Assembly (NCBI GenBank): GCA_038046385.1
Contig: JBBSWH010000010.1
Location: forward strand, 1 to 57,834
Direction: 5' to 3'
From: Nanobdellota archaeon
Lineage (GTDB): Archaea > Nanobdellota > Nanobdellia > Woesearchaeales > GW2011-AR4
DNA length: 57,834 bases
The position numbers and the translations under genes are program-made. The notes below the pieces were generated by a model. It ran no database searches and had not been told where the DNA came from. It saw nothing but the letters and a program-made list of their open reading frames with translations. Below, piece by piece: positions 48,929 to 57,834 of the stretch. Within the stretch, counting starts at the first letter, position 1; every line of letters starts with the position of its first letter.

Positions 48929-49032
48929 TCTGTCAAAACTTTAAGTTTTTGAAATGTTGTTCCCTCAAGTAGTAAAAATTCTTAATCACTGTAGTAAAGT
49001 ATTTATATAACTTCCACGCTGAAAATAAAAAA

Positions 49033-49500
49033 ATGAAGAAAAAAACAATGCAGATGTGGTTTACTCTGCTTTTCATTCTGGGCTTAGTGATAGGATTCTC
49101 ACTTCCGGGAAACTGGAGAACTGCATCCTTAAAGCCCCTGAAGGCAGGCGTTTACGATATACCTAAGAAGATGGGACAGCTTGACAATGACCTTGGCGAT
49201 TTTAAGTATACTTCTCTTGTTGAAGTAAATGACGCAAGCATCGAATTGTTCAAGGTTGACAACGGAATTTCGGTTCGTTCCAATGCGAAAGAAAACTACT
49301 TTGCTTATGTCATAAAAGGCAGGGTAAAAGCAACAATCGGGGATTCTGCTTATGATGCAGGCCCGGGCTCGCTTATTGTAGTTCCTGCAGGAACGCTTCA
49401 CAGCATGCAGAGAGTCGGTGATTCTCCGGCTGAGATGATTGTGTTTTCATCGCCTCCCCACATTGCAAAAGAGACTGCAATAACTGAAGATAAGGAATAA
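49033..49500 (+). CDS. Membrane-anchored or exported cupin-domain protein
   Basis: N-terminal TM; YVIKG...GSLIVVPAGTLH. Confidence 0.8.
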   Translation: MKKKTMQMWFTLLFILGLVIGFSLPGNWRTASLKPLKAGVYDIPKKMGQLDNDLGDFKYTSLVEVNDASIELFKVDNGISVRSNAKENYFAYVIKGRVKATIGDSAYDAGPGSLIVVPAGTLHSMQRVGDSPAEMIVFSSPPHIAKETAITEDKE

Positions 49501-49585
49501 ACAAGTTCTGATTTAGGCTATATTTCTTTGCTGCAATCAAAAAACTTTTAAATGAGCAGTACAGCTGATATTATGTGATGTAAAA

Positions 49586-49873
49586 ATGGCAGAAAAAGGA
49601 CAAAGATTAATTATGTTTTCAGGCACGGAATGCGTGCACTGCAAGGAAATGGACCCTATACTTGCTGATTTGGAGAAGGAAGGAGTCCATATAGACCATA
49701 TTGAAGTATGGCACGATGCTCAGAACGCAGCATACCTTGAGAGCGTTGACAAGAACCCTGACGGAAGCCCTTTCTGCGCCGGAATCCCGATGTTCTACAA
49801 CGAAAAGACAGGAAAGAAGCTGTGCGGCAACCAGAAGATAGAAAAATTAAGGGCTTGGGCCAAAGGGGAATAA
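49586..49873 (+). CDS. Thioredoxin/glutaredoxin-like protein
   Basis: ECVHC, EVWHD, CAGIPMFYN. Confidence 0.88.
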   Translation: MAEKGQRLIMFSGTECVHCKEMDPILADLEKEGVHIDHIEVWHDAQNAAYLESVDKNPDGSPFCAGIPMFYNEKTGKKLCGNQKIEKLRAWAKGE

Positions 49874-49888
49874 CTTTTTATTTTTAAT

Positions 49889-50779
49889 ATGGAACAAAAG
49901 CTGAACAAGCCTGAATGGCTGAAAATAAAGCTGGCTGTAAACGATGAATTCTCAGGCATAAAAGCAAGCTTGCAAAAGCATAAGCTGCATACAGTATGCG
50001 CATCTGCGCACTGCCCAAACATTTCAGAATGCTGGAACGGAGGAACTGCGACTTTCATGCTGATGGGGGACGTATGCACAAGAGGATGCAAATTCTGCGC
50101 TGTAAAAACCGGAAATCCAATGAAGCAGCTTGACCATGATGAGCCAAAGAAGCTTGCAAAAGCACTTTCTGACATAAAGCTGTTTGACTATGTTGTCTTA
50201 ACTTCTGTAGACAGGGATGATTTAGAAGATGGAGGAGCGTCGCACTTTGCAGAATGCATAACAGAAATAAAAAAAGAGCATCCTAAGATAATTATTGAAG
50301 TGCTTATCCCGGATTTCAGGGGAGATGAAGCTGCGCTGAAGAAAATAGTTGATGCAAAGCCGGAAGTGATTGGCCACAACATAGAAACTGTTGAAAGGCT
50401 TCAGAGAACGGCAAGAGATCCACGCGCAAATTATATTCAGTCGCTTAAAGTTCTTGAAAATGTCAAGAAAATGGATACAACAATTTACACAAAATCCGCG
50501 ATAATGCTCGGGCTTGGAGAGGAAGATGAAGAAGTAATCAAATCACTCCATGATTTAAGAAATATCAATGTCGACATCATGACGATTGGGCAATACCTGC
50601 GGCCATCAGACTGGCATTTGCCGATAAAAAGCTTTGCCGAGCCTTCGCGCTTCAAATTTCTTGAGCAGAAAGCATTGGAGCTCGGATTCTTGTTCTGCGC
50701 ATCAGGGCCTTTTGTGAGAAGCTCTTACAGGGCAGGGGAGCTATTTATTAAAAATATAATTAATAAAAATAATCAATGA
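49889..50779 (+). CDS. lipA: Lipoyl synthase
   Basis: KPEWLK, CASAHCPNISEC, CTRGCKFC, TSVDRDDL, VRSSY. Confidence 0.97.
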   Translation: MEQKLNKPEWLKIKLAVNDEFSGIKASLQKHKLHTVCASAHCPNISECWNGGTATFMLMGDVCTRGCKFCAVKTGNPMKQLDHDEPKKLAKALSDIKLFDYVVLTSVDRDDLEDGGASHFAECITEIKKEHPKIIIEVLIPDFRGDEAALKKIVDAKPEVIGHNIETVERLQRTARDPRANYIQSLKVLENVKKMDTTIYTKSAIMLGLGEEDEEVIKSLHDLRNINVDIMTIGQYLRPSDWHLPIKSFAEPSRFKFLEQKALELGFLFCASGPFVRSSYRAGELFIKNIINKNNQ

Positions 50780-50781
50780 TT

Positions 50782-51207
50782 CTATCTCAATTCGCATTTC
50801 TCTGCTTTTTTTCTTAATTGAGCTTCCCATCTTGCTTGATCAGCAGCAACGCTATTCACGTTTCTGAAATGCCCATTTATCAAATCCGCTGCCGCTTCAG
50901 CATAACCGCCAAGTTTTAGCAAAGCATCTTGCCCTTCTGCTGTTCTTTGGTGCCTTGCAGATTCTGCAGCATCATATGCTAAACCTTCAAGCCCCTTAAC
51001 AATCTCTTGTTTTGTTTTTTCTGCATCGGATCCTCTTGCAGCATATCCCATGCCTGCGCCGGTTGCTAAGCAAACTGCACCAAGTAGAATATATTTTCCA
51101 ATCCCTTCCTGAATCCTGTCCCTTAAAGTCCATGTTGACTCTGGCCTGAAATCTCTGTGTACCGGTTTTGTTATGTCAGTAATTGAATCATTCATTTTTA
51201 CCACCAC
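50782..51207 (-). CDS. Single-TM hypothetical protein
   Basis: 141 aa; internal hydrophobic helix (start may be ATG 51195). Confidence 0.7.
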   Translation of the reverse strand: MVVKMNDSITDITKPVHRDFRPESTWTLRDRIQEGIGKYILLGAVCLATGAGMGYAARGSDAEKTKQEIVKGLEGLAYDAAESARHQRTAEGQDALLKLGGYAEAAADLINGHFRNVNSVAADQARWEAQLRKKAEKCELR

Positions 51208-51349
51208 CTAATAACTACATTGGTTATCCTTATATATAAAATTAACTACTCTAATTTTTAATAATTAATAAAAAATAGTGCTAAAACTAGTAATTATAAA
51301 GAAAATTGGATTTAGCCTTTATAAATCTATAATCCTTTAATCACAATTT

Positions 51350-52372
51350 TTAATAATCCACTTTTACTAATTCACCTTTGCTGTTGAAAACCAAGCTGTT
51401 CATGAGACTCTGTCCCCTATACCTACTTCTAAATGCCCTGTCCAAACTTTCAAGGAAGATTTTTGCGATTTCAGTTCCACCATTTTTGTAATATGCACCT
51501 ATCAAACCACCAAAGCCAAGCGACTGGAAAAAAACTATAGATGGACTCATTAATTCAATACCTTTAAGCACATTTTTGCGTCTAGAAGACCCTAAAAGTT
51601 TTTGTAGTTTATCACTAGTATGCCTAGTTAAAGTATGGTAAACTGCTTCATCTACCGTTGTTGAAGAGCTGAAGTAACCATTTGGAGTCACAAACGGGTC
51701 TCCCCATTCATGCAGATGAGTTGGTTGATTAAGATCGAATACGCTAGCATTTCCAGTCACTTTTTGAAATTTACTATCAAAATATTTTAACATAACCAAA
51801 GGGGAACTACTTACAAATGGTTTATTCATAATCCCGCCTAATCCAATCTCATTAAAATACAGAAAAAAAGTTGTTTCTTTTTGGCCTCTCCTTTTCACAT
51901 ACCGATGTTCGGATGCTAACTTACTCAATTCATCAACGACTTCATTTCTATCTTGGGAAGCGAGCCTTGGATGATTTTCAGTTAATGCAATATAAACAAT
52001 AGTTTCTATGTTATTATCGTGAGGCACCAACCCATTAGATGATATTGACGTGTGCATGAAGGCCCCATCAGGGAATTTCTTGCTTTTGCCATTTTGTAAT
52101 CTTCTATATTGTTGCCTCAGAAATTCTTCTTCCATCTCTAATAGTCTAGTAATATCATCATCTTTAAATCCATGTATCTGTTTTGCAATAAAGAAATAGC
52201 TAAAACCACTTGACACTGCCAATTCTACAAGATCAGGCAGCTTCTTCGTAACTGCATATAAAAATCTTTGAGGGTTAATTTCAAATTCTTCAATGACCTG
52301 GCTGTAGGGCAAGCCATTCATTCTTGCCACTATCGCATCTAAATCATTTTTTTTTACTTCTAATCCGTGCAT
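51350..52372 (-). CDS. Hypothetical protein with internal duplication
   Basis: 340-aa ORF with two similar ~100-aa segments. Confidence 0.7.
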   Translation of the reverse strand: MHGLEVKKNDLDAIVARMNGLPYSQVIEEFEINPQRFLYAVTKKLPDLVELAVSSGFSYFFIAKQIHGFKDDDITRLLEMEEEFLRQQYRRLQNGKSKKFPDGAFMHTSISSNGLVPHDNNIETIVYIALTENHPRLASQDRNEVVDELSKLASEHRYVKRRGQKETTFFLYFNEIGLGGIMNKPFVSSSPLVMLKYFDSKFQKVTGNASVFDLNQPTHLHEWGDPFVTPNGYFSSSTTVDEAVYHTLTRHTSDKLQKLLGSSRRKNVLKGIELMSPSIVFFQSLGFGGLIGAYYKNGGTEIAKIFLESLDRAFRSRYRGQSLMNSLVFNSKGELVKVDY

Positions 52373-52413
52373 TTTGCCCCTTAATAATGGTTAATATAAA
52401 ATTATACTTATTT

Positions 52414-53535
52414 TTACAATTTAACTAATTCAATGCTTGTCTTTGCGTCTCTTCCTTGCTTAGCGACACTTTCCAGGAATGATTTATCGTTAAGAGTTGT
52501 GCGTTCAGGCACAGAGCCAGAGACAAAAACCACTGCCCATTCATACATTAAACATTCATCAGTTCCCGAAGCTTGTCTTTCAAATTCTGGCAGCCTTTTC
52601 AAGAATTCTGCATATAGCCGGGCTTTGGTGGCGTCTCCATCAAATCTTGATCTGTGCAAATACAGATCTTCTCCTAAACCGTTCCCTGTATTCACAACCA
52701 ACAATTGGCCTGGTAAAATTTTATATCTTCTTTGAATTTCTGAATCATTAACTACAAACGCTGCAGCTGCGCTAGGCTCTGGCATTGGATAGTCTATATT
52801 TGGATGACTCATATAGGCAGTGTACCATGCCCTAAGAATTTGTTCTTTTGAAGCTTGGATTATAACGTGCCCTCTTTTTAATGATTGAAGAATATCCTCC
52901 TTAAAAAAAGTGTAAGGCGTGCTTATTTTGTCAAGCATATCATCTGGTTTGAACTGTTTATAACGAAGTAGCCCATTTTTATCTTCATAAAGGTTACCAT
53001 CATTAAATATACCATTATCCTCTGGGACTATCCCTACAAGTTTTACCGCACTGCCTTTTGATTTTATTAACTTATCCAAGGTTACCCAAAATTTCCCACC
53101 ACCTATACTTAACCCTATATAACTTGCACCAGTGCTTAAGACTTTATTTGCTTCTAACTCAAGCGCTTTTGGAATAAAATCAGTATAATCTTTTACATTT
53201 CCTGCATTTGGAACCCTCGCTGCAACATACTCCTGCCTTTCATTTGCATCTCTTAAGACTAAACTATCTTCAATGACAATCTCAAGGGAAGGCGAATTTT
53301 GCAGCGGCCTATTGGTTAAATTAACAAGCAAAATTCTTTCATTTAATTTGCGCCTTTTTAGCTCTCCTGCAATTGCCCCTACAAAATTACCGGCACTTAT
53401 TGTAGTAATTGTATTTATTCTATTTGCAACAGCATCTTCAACAATTTCATCTACGCCTATTGATTTATAGGTAGGCCCCCTTCCATTCAAATAATAGATT
53501 CTAGTTCCTTCAATTCCCCAAGGTTTTACTACCAT
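52414..53535 (-). CDS. Divergent fold-type II PLP-dependent enzyme
   Basis: GPTYK, SAGNF, SIGGG, EPSAAAA, VVNTG match the threonine/cysteine synthase-type motif order. Confidence 0.7.
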   Translation of the reverse strand: MVVKPWGIEGTRIYYLNGRGPTYKSIGVDEIVEDAVANRINTITTISAGNFVGAIAGELKRRKLNERILLVNLTNRPLQNSPSLEIVIEDSLVLRDANERQEYVAARVPNAGNVKDYTDFIPKALELEANKVLSTGASYIGLSIGGGKFWVTLDKLIKSKGSAVKLVGIVPEDNGIFNDGNLYEDKNGLLRYKQFKPDDMLDKISTPYTFFKEDILQSLKRGHVIIQASKEQILRAWYTAYMSHPNIDYPMPEPSAAAAFVVNDSEIQRRYKILPGQLLVVNTGNGLGEDLYLHRSRFDGDATKARLYAEFLKRLPEFERQASGTDECLMYEWAVVFVSGSVPERTTLNDKSFLESVAKQGRDAKTSIELVKL

Positions 53536-53582
53536 GGTATAGAGAAAACTATTTTGATTATTAAAACTATTTATAAAAAATC

Positions 53583-53617
53583 AAAAGAAAAAAAGAAAAA
53601 ATCGGCAAAGCCGATTT
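53583..53617 (-). terminator. Hairpin plus T-tract terminator
   Basis: AAATCGGC-TTT-GCCGATTT followed by a T-rich run directly after the stop at 53619. Confidence 0.6.
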
Positions 53618-53618
53618 C

Positions 53619-54671
53619 TTATACACACGCTCCTGCTGAACAGCTTGTTGTCCCATTAACAACGCAGTTAACATCTATTGACAATGGGTTGTATCCTTCA
53701 GCTTTGCTTCCGCAGTAATACTCTCTTAGATTAATAGAGTCAAGGCAAAAGTCTGTGCTGTTGAATCCAACACTTGCATCCTCTCCACTTACACTTCCTA
53801 AGGTTCTAGTTATCTGACCCCAATCAGAGTCGCTGCAAAAGTCCCTTGGGCTTTCATCATTGTCCGTCAAGCTTATGCATTCACTATCCCCATATAAGAC
53901 TGAATAGTCTGTTTTAGTGTCTCCATCGTTATCAGAACCGTCTTCACATTGGCCTGTTTCGTTGGTGTCGCTGTAAGAAGCGCATCCAAAATCATTTGGG
54001 TAGTCTACCAATGTGTCTGCATCAGCGTTATCAACTGTGTCGTCACACTGACCATCAACTTCATTTGTGTCAGTTACAGATACACATCCTAGGTCTCCTC
54101 CGCTAAGCCTAAAATCAGCTAATGTGTCTGCATCGTTTGCTTCATCAACTCCATTGTCACACGCTGCAGTCCCTAGTTCACTTGAATCCGATGTGCTCGT
54201 GCACCCAACATCGATTAAATCAACTAGCCCATCATTGTCATTATCGGCTAAATCATCACAGGCACCATCTATTTCGCTTGAATCAGATGTACCTATACAT
54301 CCAGGATCAGACCCATCAGCCAAGCTGTCTGCATCTGATGCATCATCTATGTTATTATCACATACTCCGTCAATTTCGTTAGAATCTGTTGTGCTTATGC
54401 ATCCAGGGTCACCGCCGCTAAGCTGATAATCTTTTAAAGTGTCTCTATCATTTGCGGCATCTAATCCATTGTCACATACTAATGATGTGCTGTGTTCGTC
54501 ATTATCCCTTGTGCTGCTACAACCAGGATCATTTGGATAATCGACTAAACCATCATTGTCGTCATCTGCCCCGTTGTTGCATTTCTTTGGCGCTGCATAT
54601 ACAACTAACGCCAACACTGCCATTGCTACAACCAGTGTAGCTATCGTAGCTATTTTTGCCCTCTTGTCCAT
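53619..54671 (-). CDS. Exported Cys/Asp-rich repeat protein (putative Ca2+-binding)
   Basis: Signal/TM; about 7-8 units C-x-N/D-x-x-D...D-x-L-x-D...D-x-G-C-x-S-x-x-D-x-x-E; GGAGGTG RBS. Confidence 0.85.
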   Translation of the reverse strand: MDKRAKIATIATLVVAMAVLALVVYAAPKKCNNGADDDNDGLVDYPNDPGCSSTRDNDEHSTSLVCDNGLDAANDRDTLKDYQLSGGDPGCISTTDSNEIDGVCDNNIDDASDADSLADGSDPGCIGTSDSSEIDGACDDLADNDNDGLVDLIDVGCTSTSDSSELGTAACDNGVDEANDADTLADFRLSGGDLGCVSVTDTNEVDGQCDDTVDNADADTLVDYPNDFGCASYSDTNETGQCEDGSDNDGDTKTDYSVLYGDSECISLTDNDESPRDFCSDSDWGQITRTLGSVSGEDASVGFNSTDFCLDSINLREYYCGSKAEGYNPLSIDVNCVVNGTTSCSAGACV

Positions 54672-54817
54672 AAAAACACCTCCAAGTGTATTTTGTCTGG
54701 ATAAATATAAAAGAAGTATATTTAACCTGCTTTAGCTTTTTTTAATTTTAACAAAAAAATAGCATTAAAACTAGCAATTATAAAATAATTTGATTAAATG
54801 TTTATAAATAAAAATAA

Positions 54818-55582
54818 TTACTTATGTTTCCTGTAAATCGTTATATTATGCGCATTGCCTGTTCTGTGACAAGGCAAACTAGCATAACCATTATCAAAAG
54901 CCCTGCCGGAATTAAGATTTATGACGAATGGACCTAAGTTATCGTTAAATTTGGCTTCTCTTCCTCTAAATCCGACTACAATTTGGTGATAGCTTATGTT
55001 ATGGGCAGGATTAAAATAGCATACATCATCCCCAAAAATCCTTTCTGCTTTATTAAACTCTTTTGAAGTATTAGACGGCAACCCGGTCGGCTTATCCCAT
55101 TCAAGAACCCAGCCTTCTTTGGGCAACTCAACTTTTGTAACTTTTCCGCCTTCAAATACCATCAGCCCATTATCAGGAGCAGCCCTATCGACTCTTGGTT
55201 TCATGAATATTACTTCAGGGGAAACTATCAAACAATCCCTATAAAAAAATGAGGAAGTTGAATATCCAACCCCTTTGCTTTTTTTCCATAAATCCCTGAA
55301 ATCAGGATTTACCCACTTGCCGTCTTTGCCTTGCCCAAAATAAGCATAATTTAATTCAGCTAACGTCGGACTGTTTATGAAAACATAACTGCCGTTCTCA
55401 GTATATCTTTGCGGCTCTGTTCCCAAATAAAAATCAGAATCAATGCTGTAGCCGGATCCCTCAACCTTTCTTATTAATATTTCTGATTCAGGCCTTTTTA
55501 TTGGTGGGCTTTCTAATTGGCGCCTCCAGTCTCTGTCCGGATTAACTATTCCTTCCAGTTCTAACAGTTTGCTTTTAGTCAT
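54818..55582 (-). CDS. Hypothetical protein
   Basis: ~254-aa ORF adjacent to the upstream ORF. Confidence 0.7.
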   Translation of the reverse strand: MTKSKLLELEGIVNPDRDWRRQLESPPIKRPESEILIRKVEGSGYSIDSDFYLGTEPQRYTENGSYVFINSPTLAELNYAYFGQGKDGKWVNPDFRDLWKKSKGVGYSTSSFFYRDCLIVSPEVIFMKPRVDRAAPDNGLMVFEGGKVTKVELPKEGWVLEWDKPTGLPSNTSKEFNKAERIFGDDVCYFNPAHNISYHQIVVGFRGREAKFNDNLGPFVINLNSGRAFDNGYASLPCHRTGNAHNITIYRKHK

Positions 55583-55583
55583 T

Positions 55584-55997
55584 TTATTGCCCTCCAAATC
55601 TTTTTAACAATCCGTCAAGGCTTTGCGCGAAATCCGGAACATTTGCAAGGCTTGCCCTTACTTCCAGATTGCCAGCATATCTTTTAAGAGATTCAATAAG
55701 ATCCGGTAAAAATTGCCTTATGAACATTGCATGTTCTGTTCTTCCATAATCAAAACTCGCATGCCATTCTGAAACAATATTCCCATTTCTGTCAAATGAT
55801 GCGCCTTCCCGTAGTTCCTTTCCCGGTGCGCTATTTTCAAGATTGTATACTATCTCAATTCCCCTGCTCCCGCCATATACAACAATTTGAATTTGCCCTA
55901 TACTAGCAGCATAAGGCGGCAATCTTTCTTTGCCTGCCAAACATTTCCATTTAAATTCTCTGCTAGTTGATGGTGCTGTATGGTTCATTTTCATCAC
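55584..55997 (-). CDS. Hypothetical protein
   Basis: 137-aa ORF. Confidence 0.6.
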   Translation of the reverse strand: MMKMNHTAPSTSREFKWKCLAGKERLPPYAASIGQIQIVVYGGSRGIEIVYNLENSAPGKELREGASFDRNGNIVSEWHASFDYGRTEHAMFIRQFLPDLIESLKRYAGNLEVRASLANVPDFAQSLDGLLKRFGGQ

Positions 55998-56095
55998 TTC
56001 AGGATAAAGAAATCAAAACTTAATATTAAATGTTTTTACAAAATTCTTTAATAAAATAGGTAAATTTATATATAAATTAGTTATTATAAAATAAT

Positions 56096-57061
56096 ATGGC
56101 AGTAAAACTTGATATGTATGATAAGAAGATAATGTACGAGCTGGACAAAAATTCCAAGATGAGTTTGCAGGAACTGTCCAAAAAACTGAAAAGATCAAAA
56201 CAATTTATACTTTACAGGATGAAGCAGCTGGAAGCAAACAAAATAATCACCGGCTACAATGCAATTGTCGATATGTCCAAGTTCGGATTTTTCAGCTTCA
56301 GGGTTTATTTCAAATTCCAGAGCATGACGGGAAGCGAAGGAAAGAAATTTGTTGAGCATTCTAAATCAAAATTTTCACAGGTTTGGACAATAACGAGCAT
56401 GCACGGAAAGTGGGACTATGCACTTTTTCTCGGAGTAAAAGCAATCTCGGAATTTCATGATATCTGGGATTCAATAATGCTGGACTACAAGCCGAAAATA
56501 AAATCATACAATGTTGCAGTATACGCTCCGGTTCATAACTTCAACAGAAAATTTTTCCTTGATAGCGCTCCGGCAGACACTATAGAAAGAGTATACGGGG
56601 CAGGAGAAAAAGAGGAAACAGACGGGCTGGATTGGAAGATAATTGAAAAATATTCCAATAATGTAAGACAATCCTCTTTGGAGATTGCGAAAAAACTCAA
56701 TGTGTCTGCAGATACAGTAAGGGCAAGGATAAAAAACCTTGAAAAGAAAAAGATAATCACAGGCTACAAGATTGGATTGAATCTTGAGCCCCTTGGGTTT
56801 ACATCGTACAGGGTTGATCTGCAGCTTATATCCACGAAAAGAAACAAGGAACTGTTTGAATTCTGCAAGCACCATAAGAATATTTATCAGATAAACAAGT
56901 CCATCGGGGGGGCCGATTTTGAAATAGAAGTCATTGTAAAAGATCTGAATCATCTTCTTGAATTGATTGACGAAATCAAAACAAAATTTCATGATGCTGT
57001 CAATGATGTTGACTACTTTGGATTTTCAACATTCCATATCCTGCAGTACATACCGGATTGA
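56096..57061 (+). CDS. Tandem (double) Lrp/AsnC transcriptional regulator
   Basis: Two HTH+RAM modules (LDMYDKKIMYELDKNSK...; DGLDWKIIEKYSNNVR...). Confidence 0.92.
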   Translation: MAVKLDMYDKKIMYELDKNSKMSLQELSKKLKRSKQFILYRMKQLEANKIITGYNAIVDMSKFGFFSFRVYFKFQSMTGSEGKKFVEHSKSKFSQVWTITSMHGKWDYALFLGVKAISEFHDIWDSIMLDYKPKIKSYNVAVYAPVHNFNRKFFLDSAPADTIERVYGAGEKEETDGLDWKIIEKYSNNVRQSSLEIAKKLNVSADTVRARIKNLEKKKIITGYKIGLNLEPLGFTSYRVDLQLISTKRNKELFEFCKHHKNIYQINKSIGGADFEIEVIVKDLNHLLELIDEIKTKFHDAVNDVDYFGFSTFHILQYIPD

Positions 57062-57120
57062 CTTCTAACCGATTCAAAGCTATCAAAAGCTATTTATAAG
57101 CCCATAGCTTAACGTTTTCT

Positions 57121-57714
57121 ATGGCAAAGAAGAACTTTTTGCTGCTTTCGATGGAAGACAGCAAGATAAAGAAAATATCGAATGTAATCAGCAATGAATC
57201 CTGCAGGAAGCTGCTGGATTTCCTGTCTGAAAAAGAGGCGACAGAATCAGAGCTGGCTGAAAAATTAAGCATTCCGATATCCACGGTTCATTATAACCTG
57301 CAGCAGCTTGTGGACGCCGGTTTGGTAAGCGCTGATGAGTTTCACTACAGCAAGAAAGGAAAAGAAATTTCACATTACAAGCTGGCAAACAAGTATATTA
57401 TAATAGCTCCAAAGAAGACATTAGGATTAAAAGAAAAATTAAAGAATATTTTTCCTGTTGTATTGGTTGTATCTGGCGCTGCATTAGTAATTCAATACCT
57501 GTCAAAGCCTTCGGTAATTGTTCCGCAAGTACAGCCTATGGTGGCAAAATCATTCGAAAGCTCAATTGCAGCGGCGCCTATGATGGCAGGCACAGCGCAA
57601 AACGTTTCATCATCAACACCAGTATTGTTGCAGAACATCGCGCTTTGGTTTTTTGTCGGGGCGGTTTTTGCATTGATTGCATACTTAATAATAAACTCAT
57701 TGAGAAAAAAATGA
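57121..57714 (+). CDS. ArsR-type wHTH regulator with two TM helices
   Basis: ISNESCRKLLDFL..ATESELAEKLSIPISTVHYNL; two C-terminal TMs. Confidence 0.88.
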   Translation: MAKKNFLLLSMEDSKIKKISNVISNESCRKLLDFLSEKEATESELAEKLSIPISTVHYNLQQLVDAGLVSADEFHYSKKGKEISHYKLANKYIIIAPKKTLGLKEKLKNIFPVVLVVSGAALVIQYLSKPSVIVPQVQPMVAKSFESSIAAAPMMAGTAQNVSSSTPVLLQNIALWFFVGAVFALIAYLIINSLRKK

Positions 57715-57812
57715 ATGCAAAACATCAACAAAATAAAATAATTATTTCAGCATTAGTTGCATTGATACTTGGAACTTTTCTTAATGCGAGCGTAGCGAGC
57801 ACTGGGGTTTAA
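57711..57812 (+). pseudogene. 5' stub of an exported protein cut by a palindromic element
   Basis: ATGA overlap; signal-like KIIISALVALILGTFL, then element sequence and TAA. Confidence 0.45.
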
Positions 57813-57834
57813 TTCCCCGACCTTCAGGTCGTTT
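57786..57834 (+). mobile_element. Probable end of an IS200/IS605-type or REP-like element at the window edge
   Basis: GCGAGCGTAGCGAGC, GGGG/CCCC and CGACC-TTCA-GGTCG hairpins. Confidence 0.5.

Overview
Chromosomal window from a low-GC archaeon. Archaeal evidence: TFE, Spt5, archaeal DtdA, the ftsZ-secE-spt5-rpl11 cluster, BHB-type tRNA introns and TATA promoters. Gene content and style suggest DPANN, probably Woesearchaeota (inference, not a database result). Core content: 3' part of smc, ychF, adk, truD, bacterial-type gap, tfe, elp3, an RsmB/NOP methyltransferase, a P-type ATPase, a pyrB-I-D-K-C-E cluster and lipA. Accessory content: a giant DUF285/BspA surface protein split by an in-frame TGA, two tRNAs that each carry two introns, a LAGLIDADG endonuclease overlapping tRNA-Gly antisense, and TA modules. 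A 607-bp tnpA-only IS200-like element splits a Leu/Phe/Val dehydrogenase gene. The most striking unexplained structure is a set of short intergenic elements (tandem G.A hairpin followed by TTGT-hairpin-AC[GGA]) whose second hairpin matches the left end of that tnpA element, a candidate archaeal REP/RAYT-like system. A second miniature family (GTCAA-led double hairpin) inserts into or beside genes. All calls come from reading motifs by eye; no searches were run.
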